A stretch of DNA of 64,000 nt from Bilabrum cf. latius (lineage: Eukaryota), in NCBI GenBank assembly GCA_965178125.1, contig OZ237741.1, forward strand, positions 62,001 to 126,000. Direction: 5' to 3'. The translations under genes and the position numbers were made by a program. Below are positions 27,090 to 40,532 of this stretch, piece by piece; position 1 is the stretch's first letter, and each line of letters opens with the position of its first letter. Under the pieces are notes generated by a model. That model was given only the letters and a program-made list of their open reading frames with translations, searched no databases and had not been told where the DNA came from.

Positions 27090-28062
27090 TCACTGTACGC
27101 CGTCACGCGCACCGCCTTCCCTGCTCCGGCCCTGCCGCCTCCGCGCCTACCCTCCGACCCCGGCGCTCGTTGGGCCAGCCCCCGTCCGCCTGCCTCCATG
27201 CACTGCACCCGACTCCGACGCGGTCCCATCTTCACTCCCCGCATGCATCTTCCCCTTGCCCCCGACACCCCTGGCCATGGCTCGCCCCGCAACCAGGGCA
27301 AGCCCGGCAAGCAGCTGCCCCGCCAGAGCCCCGCCCGCCAGCGGCCCCGGCCACTTGAGCCAGCCGAAGCCCCAGTCCATCGGGAGCACCAGGCACCCGA
27401 ACCACGCTCCTATGCCGGCCATGGCAGCGAGAGAACCTGCCTCCACGGCGCCCCCTTGCCCGCTGGTGCTGGTGCTGCTAGGGCCGGCCGTGCCAGCCGC
27501 CTCGCTGCTTTCATCCTCGCCCACGGCCAGCAGCTCGCTCGAGGTCGTGGCTAGCCGCATTGATCTTGCCCAGGTCGCCGCATTTGGGCCATACTCCCAG
27601 ATAAATGGTAAAATTATCATCTGACCCAGCAGAGCCGCTGCGCTGTGTGTTTCCACAGATCTGCGTGGGACGCAAAATGGATTCAGCATGGAATGGAAGC
27701 AATTTGTGCCGAGCCACGCCCCGATGGAACCTGGAAGTAAGAAATGCTCACATGGGAAACATTGGAGCTCCCAATGCTATGATTATGGTTAGCGCAATCG
27801 AAAACCCCCAGAAGGACATAGAGACTGCAGCCCCGGTGGTCAGCAGTAGGTCATAGATGGGCTTTCCTTTGTACGCCTGGCTCAGGGCCCATATTAGCAA
27901 TCCAAAACAGCCATATGATGCTGGTATCAGCCACGCTGGCGCCTCAACAAGCTCAAGATATGTGCTGCGCAGCTGGGAGGAGGACATTGATGCACCTATA
28001 CATACCGGAGCACGGCCAGTCAACCCGATTTTTATGCCCAGCTTGCTCACCATGACATCCAT
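27090..28062 (-). CDS. PIGF: GPI biosynthesis protein PIG-F/GPI11
   Basis: IIIALGAP, one intron, GAWFGCLVLPMDWGFGWLKWP; TAG at 27147-27149 read through to TGA at 27090; start approximate. Confidence 0.75.
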
Positions 28063-28214
28063 AATGCAAATGATACAGCACAAGGAAGAATCGTCGCAAT
28101 CATTTTGAATAGTGCCGACGAGCAAAATCGTGCAGCAAATCGGCCCTAAAACCGGAACCGTGTCCCGTCGACAACGGACACGAGGCGGGTTTATTATCTT
28201 GCTTTTACGCGCCG

Positions 28215-29524
28215 ATGCCGGTTCCTTCCATAGTCAAGACGAAACGAAAGACTCCCAAGGATTTCACCAAAGCCAAGGTTGGAGTTGGATCGATAAAGAT
28301 TCGAAGTGACTACGATGAGGACGAAAGAGCCTTCCATGCATCAGAGATGCCGCGGTGGAGCAAATCTAGGCGGATGCAAGTACTAGAATGGAAGAAAACT
28401 AGTGCAGATTAGCTCGGACTGCTCAAGCCGTTCTGGAATGCAGACTGTAGCATTGAACGCCCACGTGGTGACAAGCGATAGCGATAGATTGCAGAGGTGA
28501 GACCTCGCGCAAGTTTTACCTATTTGGGTTGACTAGAGCACGTATATGCTTACAGTGGATCTATCCATACACGCAACTCATCTCCTTGCGCAGTTTGACA
28601 GAACCGAGTTTAAGTACAAGTGAGAGAAGGCGCGGCTCGTCTGGAAGCCGGATCCTGCAAGGTATTCGAGTGCACCCATGCTCCCTCTTCTTGGCCCGTT
28701 GATCGCTGCCTCGTACACGCAGCTATCGATCTGAAGTATTGCCTCGATCGCGACCCGTCCAGCGGGACGCGTTTGGCCGCATCGTCAAGCTGAGCCACGC
28801 CGCTACCAAGCGCGTGGAGGAGATGCCGGTGCACCCGGCGCTGGCAGGCAAGCCCAAGTGGAACGTCTCGACACAGATCACCGACGAGGAAAAGGAAACG
28901 GGCCTGGACGCAGTCACCGCGCGATCAATGGCGTCCACGCGCAGGATGGCCCGCGGGTTGGCAGGCTACGTTGGCCCCACGGAGCGCGAGAGGCTCCGGA
29001 TGACCGAGCTGAGGGGCTTGCGGGCAGCCGAGGGGGAGGCCAGGCGAACGGGGCAGACGGGGGACGAGCTGACGGCGGTGTCGGCCACCAGCAGGGACAT
29101 GCGTAGGGCCCTCGCGGCGGGTCAGGTGGTGGTCCCCGCAGTGACGTCAGAGACTCGCGGCCGGCAGGGGTTCGCCCTGCTGCCCACGGAGGCGGCTGCC
29201 AGGAGGCACAGGGAGCTGCAGGAGGAGGCAAGGCAGCGGGCGGGGGAGAACGCGTGGGTGCGGCAGGGCGTGCATGCTGGAGAGACGGCGCAGAGGGCTG
29301 GGGAACAAACAGGGCTGGACCTGGGGGCTGCGGGGATGGGGATGGGGGCTTCTGCGGGGAGCATCCCGGGGTCTGCGGCTAGGGCAGGGTCGGTGGCGGG
29401 CGCTGGCCACAAGCACGCTGGCGAAGAGGAGGAGAGCGATTCGAGCGACGAGGAGGACGACGACTCGGGACCCTACCCTTCCAGGCCGAGTGCCAGTCGG
29501 CAGATCGTTGGGCTGGGCTCATGA
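28215..29524 (+). CDS. Hypothetical protein, 3 exons including a 26-nt micro-exon (28594-28619)
   Basis: Phase-compatible GTGAG/CGCAG junctions link ORF 28215 to ORF 28739; 3 TAG; TGA stop. Confidence 0.6.
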
Positions 29525-29567
29525 TTGGACCCATCGATGATGAGTCTGGTTGGTTGATGTGCGGCAA

Positions 29568-30503
29568 TCAATCCGTCAATCTTGATTCATTAGCACTGGC
29601 TGCACGCTCCCCGGCATCACGTGTCTTTTCAGTGCCAACACCCTCACTGGCCTCACTGCCCTCTGAGTCATCCGGGACCAGCTGCGGCCCCGTCCACTGG
29701 GACCCCTCCCTGGGCCCCGCCCCCCTGCCCCCACCTTGGGGGGCCGCCTCCAGCCGCAGCTCCTCCCGCAACTGCACCACCGGAGTCATCAGCTGGTCCT
29801 CGTACCGGACACACATCAGTGGCCGGGCTGCCAGGCCGGCCCTGCATGCCCAGGGAACAAGGCTGCGGGCGAGCAGCGCCCTGTCTCTAGCGGGGGCCCG
29901 CAAGGGGCCGACAAAGGCGGCAAGCGCCGTGGAAGGCAGGCCCGTCTGCGCCAGCTCGAACCATTTCAGGGCCAGCTCGCCTGTGATGGAGGGAGGCACC
30001 CCGCACAGCACGTGCCACATGTCGTGGCACTCCCGGTACCGCTGCATCACCCACCGCAACTCGGCATCCCCGCCGATCGCGTCTGGCTTCACCTCTGAGC
30101 GGCTGTTCGCGTCCCAGCCGTGCGACGCCATAAACTCGAGATACTCGCGACCTAACGTGCCTCTTGGCATCTCTGCAAGCCTCCATGATTCCACGTCTTC
30201 GCTTCGAATTCTGGGCCGGTCGCGGAGAAGCGATCTGCCGACCGCATCACTCCGCATCTGGTCCCGCATGCGCTGAACCGCGACGTCCGCAGTCAGGTCT
30301 CCCAACTGCGCCACCATATCCCCACGTTCGGGATTCACCAAAGCAGTTGATGCTGTTTTCACGATGTTGAACAATCGTGTAATCGGCCCTTGCGTTGCCC
30401 ACCGGATTGCTCGCTTCGTCTGCAAGCGTGGTGCCGTGCGTGGCGCAGATAGCCGGCCACAGCCACAGCATACCCGCCTTAGAACACTAGAAAGCCGTGG
30501 CAT
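29568..30503 (-). CDS. COQ4: Ubiquinone biosynthesis protein COQ4
   Basis: NPERGDMVAQLGDLT, GTLGREY, RYRECHDMWHVL...GELALKWFELAQTGLP; transit-peptide-like N-terminus; TGA stop. Confidence 0.95.
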   Translation of the reverse strand: MPRLSSVLRRVCCGCGRLSAPRTAPRLQTKRAIRWATQGPITRLFNIVKTASTALVNPERGDMVAQLGDLTADVAVQRMRDQMRSDAVGRSLLRDRPRIRSEDVESWRLAEMPRGTLGREYLEFMASHGWDANSRSEVKPDAIGGDAELRWVMQRYRECHDMWHVLCGVPPSITGELALKWFELAQTGLPSTALAAFVGPLRAPARDRALLARSLVPWACRAGLAARPLMCVRYEDQLMTPVVQLREELRLEAAPQGGGRGAGPREGSQWTGPQLVPDDSEGSEASEGVGTEKTRDAGERAASANESRLTD

Positions 30504-30627
30504 TGCCACTTGATTGTTTGTGTGCCACAGAATTGTCGCATGCGCCACCCTCATCATCACACACATGCGACGCCTTGTCCGCCGGATGATAGCTTGGCAA
30601 GTGCCCCAGATTCTGCGAGCATCTAGC

Positions 30628-31938
30628 ATGACGTACGCCCACTTTCTACTAGTTGGCTCCATGTCTCTCGCCCCAGTAGTGCTCTACTTGCGAACATCCA
30701 AAAAGCTTCGAGTGGACACGCCAATGTCAACTCTACTGCCGATGATACTGCCGTCCCTGTGCATGCGGCTCGGTCTAGAGATGCTGTTGCTGCTACTGGA
30801 TGCATTTTGCGGCGATGCATACAGGATATTATGGGGGGTTTGGCCGGCTTAGCTTGCGCTGGTTGTAATGCGGCTGCTCTGCCTGGTGCTCCTTGAATCT
30901 ATCGGCTTCAGGCTTGCAACCTCTTACAGCAGCTTTCCAAAGTCCGAGGAGAGAGAATCCAACATTATCGGGGTAGCAATAGGTGAGCTGCATCGCTGGA
31001 TTCTTCCCGCATTCGAGCATACCGCCCCAAGACTGCCTTCACACGCACACTCTGCACCGCCCATGATGTCCGCAGGCTGGGTCCTTGGCCACGTGCTCGC
31101 GCGAAGTAGCGTGCCGTTCATCCAAGGAGCACTCTTTGGGCCAGCAAGCCTTGAATTCATCGATCTTGCGGCACGCTCCAACATTCTGCTGCTCGCATCT
31201 GCCGCAGCGTTTCCAGCCGCCGCCGCGGAGCGAGCTTTGGTAGAGCGGGATCTGGCAGCACGGGGAGAACTGATCGAGGCAGCAGAGAGAGAAATCAGAG
31301 CATCAACTCAAAAGTCGGGCGCTGGCGCGGCGAATCATGGGGTGCTGGCGCGAAGTGGCTGGCTGGCAGCGCCGGAGCGAGCTCCAGGGGGCTGGTGCGA
31401 GCACCTGCGGCGAGCAGTTGCTCTGTGGGGGCCGGCCGGCTGGCCGGAGTTGTTGGAGACAGGCGTGGGGGAAGGAACACAGGCCCAGTGCCTCGCGGGG
31501 GACCTTCTGCTGCAGCGGAGAGTGTAGGTCGCGAGCGGGCCGCGGGTGACTGCGGCCTGGGCGCTGGGGCTGGTGGCTGGGATGAGGGACCTGGCCGGTC
31601 TTGCGGTGCACAGCGGGGCGGTGGGGGCGGCGAGGGGGGCGCTGGGGATGCATGGGAGCGGCTGGGACGGTTTGGAAAGCAGCGAATGGGTGCTGCCTGC
31701 TCTGGCTGCGCTGCAGTACGCTGCATGCGCATTGCTAGCGCTTCGTGCCGTTGCGTGGGTGTACCGAGACCTTGCCCCATGGCTGCACCCGGCTGAGTTG
31801 GAGGCCGCTTGTGACCGGTGGAGCGAGAGCACATTAAGGGCCAGGGGTGAGGTTGGAGGTGGAACTGCTGGCGAGAATGCTCGTGGATCGGCGGAGGCAT
31901 CGGACCCCGCCCCCGCTGGTACCGCTGGCAGGCAATGA
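30628..31938 (+). CDS. TMEM147-like multi-pass membrane protein
   Basis: MTYAHFLL start; after removing the in-frame intron 30983-31075 it reads IIGVAIGWVLGHVLARSSVPFIQGA...SNI, similar to TMEM147; 2 TAG; TGA stop. Confidence 0.55.
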
Positions 31939-32279
31939 ACAGATACTACTAGTAGTACTAGTAGGAAGATTCTGCAGTCTAGCCTGGCGATCCATCCATC
32001 CAGTCCGGCTGGGTTGGCTGGCGGGCATACATGCAGGCTTAGGTCAGGCCAGGCCGCCCAGGCCACAGGCCGGGCAGAAAGATGCAAGGCGAGGCCTGCT
32101 AGCCCCTCGCCCGATCCTCACCGCTCGTCACACCCATTCTAGCATGCTCTTTCCCGCCGGCCCGGGGTGCTCACTTCATTCGACGGCGTTGGTCTCGACT
32201 AGATAGCCAGAGAATGAATTGAATGGGTGCTCGCTTCGACACTGCCTGATAGGCCAACTCTGGATCGTCGCAAGCAGAG

Positions 32280-35200
32280 ATGGACATCATACTAAGCCTG
32301 TCCCAGCTAGACGTTGAGTAGCTAAGAGCTGCATTTCTCCGATCTTCCAAGGGAGGCATGAGCGAAGAAGAGTTTGTGCAGACTGTTTTAAAATTAGAGT
32401 CTGCTTCCCTTGAGCTGCCGAGTGCATCGCGTGCGAGCCTGGCCATGCTTGGCACAGACGAGCACGTCGATCTGTCCAACGACAAGCCAATTGTGGAGCT
32501 GAGCACCAAGCTAGTGCAATTGTTTGATGACGCAGACACGAGTGGTGATGGTATTGTTACATGGGAAGAGATGTTTGCAAGCATCGTTTCGCGTGGAGCT
32601 GCCTTGGGGTCTGACGGGGCCGAGTCGGCGGCGGGCTCGGGCGCGGCCGGCACCGACAAGGTCGGGTTTCGACTGCACCGTGCCGAGCAGGTGCGATAGA
32701 ACACAAAGGCGTCCACGCACGTGTAGCGAGTTCGATTTTTCCCTGCTCTGCACGCAGTCGCAGTCACCGAGCACGGCGCTGGCCGGCTGCGGCTGTTCCG
32801 GGCCGACGTGTCGGACCAGCGCCGCGGCTTGCCCATTCTAGCGGACGCTGTGCCGAGCGAGGGCGTGGATGTGCAGGACGCGGACTACATCCCGGAGCAC
32901 GGCCTGCTGTGCTGCGCCTCTGCCGACTTCTCCATCCAGGTCTTTGACGCCTCCCCCGTGGCGCCCTCGAAGGCCAGGTTCCTATCACTGCAGGGCATCG
33001 CCATGGGGGATGTGGCGGGGCTGGCCCGCACCGCGGACGAGGCCGTGGGGGCCGATTCGGGCCCTGGGGAGGGCCTGGATCTGGCGGGGGGGCTGGTCAC
33101 CGACGCGCAGAGGGGCTACCTGGAGAGCATCCGGGGGCGCGCGGTGCCAGAGGAGCAGGAGCAATACGCCAGGGCACACGCAGGCAGGATGGGGGAACAG
33201 CGCGGGGCTGTGCCTCGGCTCAGGGTGGTGACCCGCGTGCACACGCCCCGATCGCAGTCCACGATTCGGTGGATGCCCGGCCCCTCCCGACTGCTGACTG
33301 CCGGAATGGACCACCGCCTGTGCGTGTGGAGCTGCGAGGTGTTCAAGACCCAGAGGGGAAGCAGGGAGATTAGGCTGGCCATGGCGGGGACTCTGGATCC
33401 GGGACCTTCAGCCGGTGTGCTGGTGGACATCGTAGACACCACCCCGGTGCGCAGCATGCGGGGGGGGCCGGGCGGCAGAGAGAACAGGCTGGGGCGGCGA
33501 GGGCAGGGAGTAGCCCCAAGAGGGGGTCAAGGAGGTGATGTGGGGGGCCCGCGGTCGGGATATCCCGCTGTGGACGCGCCGCCCGATGCTGTGGGTCAGT
33601 TCGTCACTGTGGGGCGCTCCCGGGAGGTGCATCTGTGGAAGCACAGGGGCAGCAAGATGAGGCATTTAGGCGTTCGATCGGAGCACACGAGCGACATCCT
33701 TTGCGCCTGTCGCCTCCCCCGGCGGGACGTTTTGCTGACCGGGGGCCTGGACAGCTTCGTGCAGGCCTGGGACACTGGAGGGGGTGACGTGCTGCCCATC
33801 TTCAGGCTCCCGCAGCACGGGGCAGCCCCGGTGGTGGCCGTGTGCGGATTCCCCAGCGGACGTCTGGCCGCCAGCACGGATGCCCAGGGAACAGTGCGCC
33901 TGTGGAGCACCTCCCGCAGCGATCTCAGCGGGGATGACGCCCTCCGTCTCGTGCAGACGCAGCCGGCGCCTTGGGCCGAGCGCAAGCCGCCGGCCGTGCT
34001 GCAGGGGGTGACCACGACCCCCGCACAGGCGGCTAGGCACATCCTAGGGACTGACGCAGACAGCAGGGGGCTTCATGTGCGCGGCGCCGTGGTGGTTCCG
34101 CCCGTGCACGACATGGCGACCGGGCTGCTGGGTGCCGGCTGGGAGGGCCTGCCTCTGCTGCTGGCGGCAAGCGCAAGGCGAGCGGCGGGGTCCGGCTCCG
34201 GCGCCCAGCTGTCGGATGCGCTTGCTCTGGTGAGGAGACTGGCGCGCGAGTGGGCGGCGAGTGGGCTGCGGGTGCCACCTGTGGCTGGAAGCGGCCAAGG
34301 GCACGGGATGGGCAAGGTGCTTGCCAAGGAGGGTGGTAGCGGCAACGAGGAGGAAGAGGAGGAGGACGACGTCCTAGATGGCTCCTCTGCAGCAGAGCGG
34401 ATCGTGCAGCAGCTGCAGGGAGTTCTGGAGCAGGGGTTGCTTCTCATGGGGGGCAGCGTGTTCGAAGGCCTCCAGCTGCTGCCGGCCACCGACTCACAGC
34501 TGGAGCTGGTGTGCGCGTGTCCCGCGGGCGCGGACTCGGCAGGCTCTCTGCTGCTGGTGACATCCGCCGGTGCTTGCGTGCTGCATGGAGACGGGCCCAG
34601 CGTGAGCACGACCGTCAAGCCGCTGCAGATGACGCCTCTAGTAGATCTGAGGGGCAGCAACCAAGAGACCAAAGGAGCCAGTGAAAGGGGGGGTGGAGCG
34701 CAACCTGAAGCTGGCAGACTAGGGGATGGTGGCATCAGCACCAGCTCGGCGTCAGACCCCGACACCATCACCTGCGCACTCCCCATTCGCGATGGAAAGC
34801 TGGTAGCCATTGGCACGCACCTCGGCCGTGTGCTGCTGCTGCAGGCAGACACGGGTCGGCCCCAAACCGAGTACAGCCCCCACAGGTCTGAGGTCTCAGC
34901 CCTCGCTGAGATGCCCGAGGACGCCGTGCTGCTGACGGGGTCCTGGGACGGGTCCTGGCGCGTGTACTGCGACCCTGCAGAGCTGCGGACCGCCATGGAG
35001 GGCGGTGCGACGGGTGGTCAGATCGACGCCGACCTCACCCTTGGAGACGCAGTGCTGGCCAGGGAGGTAAGGGGGGCCCACGGGGGCGGGCCGCTGTCCT
35101 GCATCGCGGGGAGTCATAAGCTGTCTCTGGTGATTACTGGTGGTACGAATGGCACGATCCGGGCGTGGGACTTTCAGTCGTGCGAGCTGCTGGGCGAGGT

Positions 35201-38200
35201 GAAGCTGCAGGGGGGCGGTGGGCCGGTCCCTGGCAAGGCATCAACTCGAGGTACACACGCGGTGCATGGAGAAAGAGGAGGAGGAGTAGCACGGGACCTA
35301 CAGAAGATGGTAGGCAGTGGCGAGGTGGCCACGGCGCTATGTTTCTTGCCTGGGCTGCTGACAGTTGCAGCGGGCACGTCGCAGGGTAGAGTGCTGCTGC
35401 TGGGGACGGACTATGCCGATAGGGAGTGCCACCTGCGGTGCCTGGTGCAAGTGCGGCTGGGTCCTGAGCCTACTCCTGGCCTTGGTCTTGAGCCTGGGCA
35501 AGGTCGCGGGTCCATCACGTCCATGGGCATAGTGTGGGGCATTGAGACTTCGCAACATCGCCGATTGAGGCTTCTGGTTAGGGCGGGGTCATTCAGGGTG
35601 GGCGCGGACCTCGGTGGCGAGACCGATGGGGTCGAGGAGAGCGAGGGAAACCAGGAATCTAAGACTAATATCGGCGCCAGCACGTCCGAGGTCGGGGTTG
35701 AGGAGGGCACGCGCGATGACGAGGGCAAGGTAGTTCAAGATAGTGGCACAAGCGGCAACACATACGGTGTTCATGCCAGCTCACATGCGGCTCGAGACTC
35801 CCCTGGCCTGTACACACCCAAGCGACAATCTGGTCTGGCATCCACATCTGCATTCCAGCACAGCTAGGACAGGCACGCAGTCAACAGGCTGAGGCACGCG
35901 GCCCTCGCCGTAGGATCATCGACTGGCGAGTGCTTGCTGCTGGGCCTGGCCGACCTGCTGACAGAAGCGGAAGCGGCAATCCTGGCACGTAAACAGGACA
36001 GTGAACGGGAGAGGGAGTCCGTATTGGGGACGAATGCTAGCCCTGCCAAGCGGAAGATCCGCCGGGTGAATCACATCCGAGCCATGGGGAGCGCAGCCGG
36101 CCCCCCGCAGCTGCCGTCCTACGACCCATTCAAGCGGCAGCGGCTTGTGCACCTTGCTCGCCGCAGATCGGTCGTGGCAGTTCAGCTGGAGAGACTTGGC
36201 GGCAGTGCCAGGTCTGCACCCAGTGTGAACAGCACCGATTCACTGCTGTGGAGCCACAGGCTGCAGCGGGCCTCCGTGGCTCACCTGTGCCAGGGTGGCA
36301 CGCTAGCCAGAAAGCAGATGCTGGTGGCGGCGGGCAGCGACGGTATGGTATCAGTGCTGAAGCTGCGGGAAAGGAGCGGCATCGGCGGGGACAGCGTAGA
36401 GCTGCGGTGCCAGTGCCGCGTGCGCGCCTCTGCCTCCAAGTCCAGCGCCAGCGTGCTGACCGAGGCGTGGACCTTGCGCCAGGACGCCGGTGCCAGCCTC
36501 GACCTCGCCCAGCTGAGGGCGAGAGCGGTGCTGCGACATGCGGCGGGCTTGGGGTCCAAGAGAACGATACAGCCCGGTGTGCTGCAGCGCAGGGACAGCG
36601 CAGCCAGTTTGATGGCGCATACAATGGCGGCTGCCTCAGCCCACCAGAATAAGATGAAGTAGCTGAGGAGGTAGCACCAGCGGAGCACGCAGCAGCGGCT
36701 GAGAGACGCTCTGGGGATGCATGGCGCAGGGAGCGACGGCACAGAGTACAACCCCCTGCATGCTCTGGCGAGTATTAGGAACGATGACGAAGAGATGGGG
36801 GTGGGGGTCGCTGGTGCCATCAGTGGGGATGCGACGGGGCATGTAGGCAGTTCGGACACTTTGGCAGAGGCGAGTCAGCGCCAGCCCCGTCTCCCTCGCG
36901 CCGATGGGGTGTCTGCTCCTGCAGGACAGGACCAAGACGATACTCCTCGGTTCCTCGGGGGGATCCTGCTCGAATCGGCCCTATGCAAGGATGAGGATGA
37001 GGAAGGCAACAGTGGCGGGACCGAAGCGGGCTCGCGGATCAACATCCTCGCAACTAGCCCATCCAGCCCGGTGCTATCTCGCCCGTCGACTGGCGGGGCA
37101 ATCCCCGTGTCTGCCGTGCTTGCAAGCGTGTCACCTGGCAAACAAAGGGACTTGCATGGTCTTAACAGCATGGATGGCCCTGTGCCCAGACCCAGACGAC
37201 GGCCAGGCACACAAGACACCGCCTTTACCGGCGGGGAGGCAGAGCGCCGCAGCGAGCAGATCAAGCGAGAGGTCAAGCGAGAGGCGAGCTCGGCGCTGCA
37301 GCGCGCCAGGAACTTGCAGCTGGCCCGACAGCGGGCACTAGTATCCCAAGATCGCGTGCGCCGGGGGCTCACTCCCGGCCCGTCCATGTCGATCCTGGAT
37401 CAGAGCAGCAGGGTGCTGGGGTGGACTAAGCAGGGGTGGGGGCAGGAGCAGCAGCTGTAGCAGCGCATGGGATCCGGCAGTGTGCGTGCTGGCGGGGCAG
37501 CTGCATCACCGAGTCGCACTGGTTCCACAGATACGAGCACGTACAACACTCTGTAGGCCCTCTGGTCCTCTGGAATCATCGAGCCACCTGGAGCACGGCC
37601 AGTCGGATCAGCTGCAGGCAATGGAATGCATATTGGCGGGTCCATCGACGGTGCAACTGCTGGACGTCCCGTGACTGCTGGCTCTGCAGCTCGAGATAGC
37701 GTGTTCCAGCGCCAGTCAAAACAGCTGCAGGCCAGACTGTACCCCGAGCTTGCAGCCCAGCAGGCCAGGTAGCAGCACCTGCACACCGGCAAAGGGGCCA
37801 AGCCTGGCGACCAAGACGCAGATGCACCCTACCGACTGCTCAAGCTTCGCTTCGGCCCCGCCATCCAGGACGCCAAAGCCGAGCACTTGCGCAAGCTGAA
37901 GCGAAGGCAGAAGAGGAAGAAGAAGAAAAGCACAAAGAGTGTCAAGGCAGGCCAAGGCAGGGGCCGCCCACCGCAAGGAGGCCTGCCGCAGTCCAGGGTG
38001 GGGACGGCAGGGACGGCCAGCGTGCGCTTTGGCCACTTGGACGAACAGCAGGGACGACATGTCGCTGCGTCGGGCGGCCCGGCAACGTAGATGCAAGCCA
38101 CAGTCGCACGACTGGGCCCCGCTCCCAGCCTGCTGTCACTGGACCTCAGCGGGTCTCTTGACCTCGAGCTCGATGTCGATGGGGGTGCGGTCGCGGGCCT

Positions 38201-40418
38201 GGGCAATGGCAATGGCAATGGCAATGGCAATGGCAATGGCGATGGTGAGGGTCTTACAGATGACGAGTACGACGCGCATACTCATGGCAGGACTTCTGAT
38301 GATGATGACGACGACGCTGGTGTCCCCATAGAGCTGCATGGTCTCGCGGAAGGCAGCTCAATGATGGCGCTGGGGTCAGGTGAGGTGTTCATGGACCACT
38401 CGCAGCTAGACTAGGAGGGCTTGGCAAGCAGAGGTGACGCGCTTGGAGTAGAGCGAGAGGCAAGCAGCTCTGCAGACGAAATCGACAGGCAGCAGGAGAA
38501 CAACATCGAGTCCCAGCTCAGAAGGGGCCGGCGAGCCATGCAGGCCGTCACCACGGGGCAATCTGTCCGCCTGCGGGCCAGGCTGAGAGCCATGGGAGCC
38601 CCCGCCACACTCGTCACACGGGGATCCGTCGCGGAGCTGAACATGCCGGGGAGGGGGATACGAGCGGGTCAGAGGCGCAAGGGCGGCGGGAGATCCTCCA
38701 CGCAAGCGGTCCACTGGCATGACTCCATTGCGTCGCAGAGCGAAAGCAAGCTTCGGTACTCTAGCATGTCCAGCCCCTAGCTGCAGCGGATGAGCTAGCG
38801 GGCGCTGCTGGTGGCCGAGGCCCGCCAGGACCAGCGGTAGGCGGCCCGGTCGCGGTCTGAGGGTCCCTCTCGTGGGCCTGATCCTGGTCCTGGAGCTGAC
38901 CGTGGCTAGGGGGTCGGGAGCAGCGTGCCGGCCTTCAAGCTGCCCGAGGTGTCGCAGCTGCTCGCTGGGGAGGCGGTGGAGGAGGAGCGGAGGCTGGCCC
39001 TGCCAGAAGCCAGGGAACAGCGGCACGCGAGGATGCGGGATGTGACGAGGCGGGGCGCTATCGTGCGTGGGAGCACGGCCGTGGACGTGGCTCTGGGGGT
39101 AGACGAGATCGACGAGATCGAGGCAGGGACTGGGACAGGCGCGGAGGCACGAAGCCAAGGCGCTCCACGGCTGCAGTCACCCCCCGGCTCGCCGTCCAGG
39201 CTTGTGCTGTCCCCTAGGCTAAGCGTGCTCAGTGCTCGAAAAGAGGCCAAGACACCTGAGGGTCCTGCCCGCAGTCCGAGCGCCAGCAACAGCAACAGCA
39301 CCAGGACGGGTGGGAGAGACCAGGGCGAGACCCTGCAACAGGTGGGCCAGCTGCTGCGGCTGGCTCGGAGGAAGACCTTCGGCCCGTACACTCGTGATGA
39401 AGTGCTGGCCTTCAAGACCACCTGGGTGCGCATGGACCGCAATGAAGACGGCCTGATCCAGCGCGAGGAGTTCGAGGCGGAGGAGCTGGTGAAGAGGGAG
39501 GGTCATCTGAGGAGGCACCTGTACGGCATGTACGACGCGGCTGACGTGGACGGGTCCGGGGCCGTGTCCATGGCCGAGCTGGCCCGGGTGTCGTTTCCCA
39601 AGGCAACGGCGGGGCAGCTGCGGGACATTTTGGCCCTGGCCCGGTGGAAGCCCGAGAAGCAGAAGGAAGTGGCCAAGGCGCTGCAGCGCGAGTACAGCGC
39701 GGAGACGAGGCGCAGCCTGGTGGAGCTCTTCCGGAGCTATGATGCCGATGGGAGCGGCGTGATCACTCGCTCTGAGATTCTGGAGGGGCTCAAGGGCATG
39801 ATGCAGGTGTTCTCCATCGGGGAGCAGAGTGTGCTGACGGATAGGAGGAGCGGGGGCGGCGGTGGGGACAAGGACAAGGACAAGGACGGTGGATCTGGCG
39901 AAGGGTGGGATGGCTCGGGTGCTGCTGGTGCTGCTGGTGGTGGTGCTGGTAGCAGACCGAGGACAAGTGGACGGGGGAGTCGGTCCCTGGGCTTGTTCTC
40001 CTTGGTCGAGGCAGACCTGCAGCTGATGGTGCAAGCTGCCAACGAGGGCGATGAGGCGGCTCTTGGGCAGTAGGATGGGAGCGGCCCTGGTGATACAAGC
40101 GGTAAGAAGGTCGGTGTGAAGGCCGCCGCCAGGGAGGTGGGCATCGATCTGGAGGCCTTCGTGCGCATGATGGGGCCTGCCCTTGAGCCAGATGCGCCCC
40201 TGGCCGAGGACCAGGAGCTGGCCATGTCAAAGCTCAGGCAGGTGCAGGAGAGGGCAGAGAGGGTGAGGTCGAGGGCAGGAGGCGCGCGCACAGGCGGACA
40301 AGGTGGGTCGTTGGGGGCACCGGGACGAGGGACCAGCGTGCGGAGGAGGTCGCCTCGATCTCGAAAGCGAGCACCGGCAGCTCGCCGCAAGTCGCTCTCG
40401 GTTGCAGGCCGGGTTTAA
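32280..40418 (+). CDS. Giant EF-hand + WD40-repeat protein (~2712 aa)
   Basis: One frame broken only by about 16 TAGs; N-terminal EF-hand DTSGDGIVTWEE, WD repeats (LLTGGLDSFVQAWD, ITGGTNGTIRAWD), C-terminal EF-hands DRNEDGLIQREE, DVDGSGAVSMAE, DADGSGVITRSE; ends TAA; start approximate. Confidence 0.8.
38202..38237 (+). repeat. (GGCAAT)6 coding microsatellite (Gly-Asn)
   Basis: Direct read of the sequence. Confidence 0.9.
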
Positions 40419-40532
40419 TCGTGAATGGGACGGCATGCCAGCAGCATCTCGTGTGCTACTGGCGAGCTATCGCAATTTAAGTAGTAAGAGAAATGTACGA
40501 GTTCTTCCATTCAATGGGTACTTCTTTATCGA

